From assembly GCF_027921745.1 (NCBI RefSeq), contig NC_079239.1, positions 372,001 to 436,000 on the forward strand: a stretch of 64,000 bases of DNA, given 5' to 3'. Position numbers and translations under genes: made by a program. The notes below the pieces were generated by a model, which was given only the letters and a program-made list of their open reading frames with translations, was not told the DNA's origin and made no database searches. Positions 59,303-64,000 of this stretch are shown here, piece by piece (position 1 is the first letter of the stretch; every line of letters starts with the position of its first letter). The stretch comes from Schizosaccharomyces osmophilus (Eukaryota).

Positions 59303-59734
59303 TTAAGCTCTAGGCTTTTCTTTCTTCTCGTGGAAGAGGGCAGCAAGACCGACACCAGCGACCTTGACGACCTTGAAACGAACACCGGGAATATCACCCT
59401 TAGCCTTACCCTTACGACCGAAACCAGAAAGCAAGACTTCGTCGTTCTCGTCAACAAAGTTGAGACAACCGTCGTTGGGAACGAAAGCGGTAACCTTCTT
59501 ACCATTCTTGATCAATTGAACACGAACGCACTTACGAATGGCGGAGTTGGGTTGTTTAGCCTCAACACCAATCTTTTCAACAACGATACCCTTGGCGTGA
59601 GAAGAACCACCGAAAGGAGAAGACTTGAAAGCAGTACCTAACAAGCGCTTCTTGTAGTGAGCATCAGCCCAACGCTCTTCACGACGGTGAGTACGGAGCT
59701 TACGTGCGGCGTTCAATCCTGCGGGTTTACCCAT
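59303..59734 (-). CDS. rps23: 40S ribosomal protein uS12/S23
   Basis: [13 protein letters not shown]...[10 protein letters not shown]...[13 protein letters not shown]. Confidence 0.98.
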   Translation of the reverse strand: MGKPAGLNAARKLRTHRREERWADAHYKKRLLGTAFKSSPFGGSSHAKGIVVEKIGVEAKQPNSAIRKCVRVQLIKNGKKVTAFVPNDGCLNFVDENDEVLLSGFGRKGKAKGDIPGVRFKVVKVAGVGLAALFHEKKEKPRA

Positions 59735-59801
59735 TTTGTAGTTTAAAAGGTTGCGGCTAGTTTATGAGACGGAATTGTTTCCATTTCCTTTATGATTATG
59801 A

Positions 59802-59821
59802 CAGTCACAGAACCCTACCCT
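59802..59821. promoter_or_regulatory. Homol D (CAGTCACA) and Homol E (ACCCTACCCT) ribosomal-protein promoter boxes
   Basis: Exact matches at 59802-59809 and 59812-59821, about 70 nt upstream of the rps23 ATG. Confidence 0.9.
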
Positions 59822-60098
59822 AGATCTAGTTTAACGACAGTAAGTGCCACATCCTTAAAATACTTTAAGGAAGGTCGTGGAGTGAAGAAAAAGTTTAGAA
59901 AATTCAAATAAACAGAGGGACGAAACCAGAGCACTGAAGGCTGGGCGTTGCTGCTTTAACATATTTTTAAAGGATTCAGGGTTAATTGATATTATTGTTG
60001 TATATAAAAACAATCATTAATATAAACGAAGGAGTCGCGAGACGTCTTTTTTAGAGCATTTGAATTTAATTGAGCTTTTGAAAAAACCGTAACATCTC

Positions 60099-61934
60099 AT
60101 GGCGGAAGAAACGGCGGAGATTCTTGAGCCTACCGCATTTTTGTTTCCGGATGAGAAGGCTTCAAATCAATTAGTAGAGGAAGCCATCGGATACTTCTCA
60201 GCTGTCAAAGTTCCTTCTTCTAGTCCTATCCAAAAAGTCGTTACCAAGAACCTCGATGCTTGGCAGATTTATAACCAGCTTGCAATTGCTGCAAACCATA
60301 CATTAGATGATCTTCCAGATTTGGATGTTGAGGAGGAAGGCCCGTCAGACGCAGAGAGTTATGCTTCTGGAGACGCCCAGGATGAAAATCAGCTAGAAAC
60401 ATCACCGCCGGAAAGCCCAGTTGAGGATGAGGGAAAAGAAGATGATGAATTTTTAGGGTTTTCTGATCGGGAAGGTGAAGAAGGCGGTCATTTGAGTGAT
60501 GAAAATGTCGAGGATGAGAATGAGGATGAAGGCATGGAAATGGATAATTCTGATGAAGAAGAGGTAGAAGAACAAGTGCCAGAGGATCGAGAACCCAAAA
60601 AAGATGCGTTTGGATTGAACGACAAATTTTTTGATATAGACGAGTTTAACAAGCAGACTGTCGCTTTGGAAGAACAGGAAGCCGAGCAAAATCATGAAAT
60701 TGGCGATGAAGATGATGACGATATCGATTTGTTCGTTGATCCTGAAGACGATGAAGAGGAAGAAGGAGGCCCTCGTGCTGATTCTGTCTTGTATGAAGAC
60801 TTTTTCGGACCCAAATCAGCAAAAGGACGTCGCGAAGTCAGTAAAAAAAACAAGCGTGATGCCGAGGCTAATAAGAAGAAAAAAACAAAGAGAGTGCCAA
60901 AGCCAGAGGAATCTGACGAAGAAGACCAGGAACCCGAAAACGACGAGAATACTTTTGATCGTGTCAGAAAAGACCTGTTTGCCGACGAAGAAGAGGAAGA
61001 ACGTGAAGATTCTCAACAACTTCTCTCTTCTTATGAACGTGATAAAGCTCGAATTAGTCAACAAATTAAGGACTTGGAATCTGAAAACGTCGCCAAAAAG
61101 TCTTGGACAATGGTTGGTGAGGCTACGTCCAAAAGTCGTCCTTCGAACTCACTTCTTGATGTTGATATCGATTTTGAAACTGGCGCAAAACCTGTTCCCG
61201 TGCAAACTGAAGAGACAACCTCTGTACTGGAAGATGTCATAAAAAATCGAATTTTAAATAAGAGTTTCGATGATGTACCTCGTAAAGCACCCAGCTCACT
61301 TCCGGAATTCCGCCCAAGCGAATTATTCGAGCTTGATGAGAATAAGGCTCAGCAATCTCTCGCTGATATTTATGAGGAACAGTACATGAAGAAAGCTAAC
61401 CCCAATACCTATCAAAGTGGCGCTGACAAAAAGCGCCAGAGTGATCATGAAGAGATTAAAGCAATGTTCGAAGATGTCAGTTACACTTTGGATGCTCTTT
61501 CTTCTTGGCACTACATTCCAGCCCCCGCTGAGGCCAATGTCCAGGTTGTATCTAACGCTCCTACACTGACAATGGAAGAGGCTCAACCCACCGCTTCTTC
61601 TGACGCCATGGCTTTGGCTCCTCAAGAAGTTTATCAGCCTTCTATGGGTAGCCGCCAAGACGAGACTATTGAGCGCTCTGGTATTGCCGTATCGAAGGCT
61701 GAAATGGATCACACAGAGAAGCAAGCTCGCCGTAGAAGAGTTCGTCGTAAGCACGCTGAAAAACGAAAAGCGTTGGGTGAAAAGAAACGTGGTTCTGATA
61801 AAGAACAAGTTGTGCGTCAATTGTCTCGTGCAGATGTTCAAGTCATTGGTGCTGGCGGAGAACGCAAAAAAATCTCTAATCAATCTAAAGGCAAACCTGC
61901 TGCTGTGCAATCATCTAATCAACTTTTACTTTAA
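60099..61934 (+). CDS. mpp10: U3 snoRNP protein Mpp10
   Basis: Acidic N-terminal half; LNDKFFDIDEFN, KKSWTMVGE, RPSNSLL, LDALSSWHY, LAPQEVY. Confidence 0.95.
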   Translation: MAEETAEILEPTAFLFPDEKASNQLVEEAIGYFSAVKVPSSSPIQKVVTKNLDAWQIYNQLAIAANHTLDDLPDLDVEEEGPSDAESYASGDAQDENQLETSPPESPVEDEGKEDDEFLGFSDREGEEGGHLSDENVEDENEDEGMEMDNSDEEEVEEQVPEDREPKKDAFGLNDKFFDIDEFNKQTVALEEQEAEQNHEIGDEDDDDIDLFVDPEDDEEEEGGPRADSVLYEDFFGPKSAKGRREVSKKNKRDAEANKKKKTKRVPKPEESDEEDQEPENDENTFDRVRKDLFADEEEEEREDSQQLLSSYERDKARISQQIKDLESENVAKKSWTMVGEATSKSRPSNSLLDVDIDFETGAKPVPVQTEETTSVLEDVIKNRILNKSFDDVPRKAPSSLPEFRPSELFELDENKAQQSLADIYEEQYMKKANPNTYQSGADKKRQSDHEEIKAMFEDVSYTLDALSSWHYIPAPAEANVQVVSNAPTLTMEEAQPTASSDAMALAPQEVYQPSMGSRQDETIERSGIAVSKAEMDHTEKQARRRRVRRKHAEKRKALGEKKRGSDKEQVVRQLSRADVQVIGAGGERKKISNQSKGKPAAVQSSNQLLL

Positions 61935-62111
61935 AAATAATGTTTTAATGGGTTATTATCTGCATTTCATTCAAAATGATTGTTTGGGATTTACAGAATT
62001 TTGTTTTTGGACTTTACAATTGGGTCGTGGTGACATAGTAAATAGAATTTAAGGCTAAATATAATATGTTATAGTATTGAAATTCTACAATTTGTATATT
62101 CATTCATTCAT

Positions 62112-63453
62112 TCATTCATACCACTGATTCCATTTATCTTCTAATTCCGGAAGACACACAAATGGAACAAGTTCCACGTTTTGAAAACCTTCCTCAGTGC
62201 TTGGCTTCTGAAATCTTGAGCGATATGATACGTACGCCACTTCTGGTAGGCCTTTAATCTGTAAGATGTGTTAGTTACTTTCAAAATATGACCGGCAAGC
62301 CTGATGAATCACGAGTACCTCTTGCTGAATATATCTGAAGGTGTTATTGTGTTTAGCCAATAGTTCGGGTACTTCTACGTAAACACAACGTGCAGGAACA
62401 TTAAATTTTTTAGCTAGTCCAACCCAAACTTCTCTAGCTTCAATGGTAGGATTTGTATTGTCTGAATTCAAGTCAGTCAATAGCATACAACGGTAAACAT
62501 ACCAACAACAACGGATTTCTTGTTTTCTAATGCTTTCGCTGCTGCTTTGAGACAACGCGCTCTAGTTTTTAGGGTATCTTGGTTAATTCGTTCGTATCCA
62601 AATGGTACGATCTGATCTTGACAAAGAGTACTTTTACCGGAAGCTGGATAGCCAACAAGGACTACAATTTCTTGGTGTTCTGCTGGTACAAATTTATAAG
62701 GTTGGGAGCTTCTATGTTTTTGAAGAAACCTTTCTGGATGAAATGAAGAAAAATCTGGGCGATCAAAGTGCTCTCCAGTGAAATAATGCTCAGGTGTATC
62801 GAATTTTATACCAATGTTCTCGGCAAATTTTAGATCAGTAGAGTTATGATTACGGGGACGTCCTGCGGCATCGCCGACAAAAAAGGCAAGGGATTTTTCT
62901 GAAAAAAAGTGTTAACTTTCATCCTTTCGTTATGAACCTAATGCTTACCTATTGGGTGATCCCATCTTTCTACAAAGTGATCCCACATTCCTTGTAAAGG
63001 CTTGCGATACTTGTCTCTCAACAAGGCAGCATACATAATGACTGGGAGATCCAGTGATTCTAGAATAGCTTGAACTTTTATTTGAAACTGGTGACCTGTT
63101 GATGCGCGTCTGGGAATTCCATTCTGATTACTGAAAATGACAATAGAGTAACCTTCAGAATCCAGCTTTTTTAAAGTTGGAACGACATTAGGATGCCACC
63201 AAAGCCAATCTCCTCCGTCTTTAGCAAAAACTCGACCTGACTTTGTTTTTATTAAGGTCCCATCCAAATCAAAGGTTGCGACTTTCGAAGATTTCTTGGG
63301 CGTTCCATATGTCGCTATGTACAAGGATTCTGAAATCTCCCAGGTCAATTTACTATCTGTCGAAGACAAATCTTCACCTCTATGTTTTTTATTCTCAGAG
63401 GAATTGAGATAAGAGTTGATGGACGGTTGAGGTGCTACCTTTCGTTTTCCCAT
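62112..63453 (-). CDS. pnk1: Polynucleotide kinase/3'-phosphatase Pnk1; introns 62948-62899, 62502-62462, 62318-62259
   Basis: HAD motif FDLDGTLI, FSNQNG, YRKP, FVGDAAGR; kinase P-loop GYPASGKS; VVV|DNTN. Confidence 0.95.
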
Positions 63454-64000
63454 TTTTTACGTCTTGAGTATGGCAAAAGAGAATGTAGTTGGAAATGACA
63501 ATATCTCGATCACAATTAAAAACGATTCCTAGTTTCGAACCTGCTCTTGGGTCTTCTTAATCTTACGTGTTTAATGAATATACTGTCATTCGTTAAACCA
63601 AAGTATATCAACTACTTCTTTCCAAACTTATAGAAAAAGAAGTATTAAAAGGATATGAAAACAAAAAAAAATCGATGAATAGTAGCTTGGGTGAACTACT
63701 TACGTATATGAAAGGCAAGAAACTCAAAACATTTTACTAAAGTGAAAATAACTTTCTTATACAATATAAGGAGCTGTCACTTTATAAGTGACGAGATTTG
63801 AGTATGTTCAATTCTGCTTTGGTTCTTAGTATGATCATGGGTACTTTTAGGCATTTCTGTCGATAAAATACCAATTAAAATAGATTTACAGATTTTGTAA
63901 GGTATAAGCAGGACGAAGTAGATGATCAGATTAGAGAAACAGCTCTTCTTCATTGGACTACAATAGACTAGGCCGGCCTCAATTGCTATTATTCATTATT

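Noticed and set aside
59297..59641. Antisense and alternative-frame ORFs over rps23, and similar shadows over snu13, cnx1 and mug191
   Set aside because: Shadow ORFs expected from the codon bias of highly expressed genes.
60694..62052. 182-aa alternative-frame and 195-aa antisense ORFs in mpp10
   Set aside because: By-products of the purine-rich E/D/K codon composition of the real gene.
63531..63541. B-box-like GGTTCGAAACT upstream of pnk1
   Set aside because: Imperfect match with no tRNA stem context; could be chance.
1..64000. LTR/Tf retrotransposons, wtf drivers, 5S rDNA, intact tRNAs, CRISPR arrays
   Set aside because: No TG..CA LTRs, gag/pol ORFs, wtf-like exon structure, 5S sequence, complete cloverleaf or repeat-spacer array was recognised by eye.

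Overview
AT-rich, gene-dense eukaryotic DNA with short GT-AG introns (about 30-200 nt, CTAAC/CTAAT-type branch sites). The proteins are recognisable Schizosaccharomyces orthologues but differ from the S. pombe sequences as I remember them, so this is most likely a fission-yeast relative (S. octosporus/cryophilus/osmophilus group). About 33 protein genes are supported. They match three blocks of S. pombe chromosome I (SPAC3C7/732/607; cnx1-pex13-set8; SPAC20H4/23C11) joined at two apparent rearrangement junctions; the S. pombe gene order is from memory. The main unexplained item is a 7-exon minus-strand gene (3287-5528, about 661 aa) that the ORF track splits into fragments. It encodes coiled-coil segments plus a dsRBD-like motif and has a Mei4-type FLEX element upstream. 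Other leads: a structured snu13 intron containing a box C motif, a roughly 400-bp coding-like or ncRNA-like island between gpl1 and rad57, a lone perfect Pol III B-box with a tRNA-like 3' end, and physical linkage of partner genes (gpl1/gih35, rad55/rad57). I found no intact tRNA, rRNA, transposon or CRISPR array. Gene names rest on recognised motifs and remembered synteny, not on database searches.
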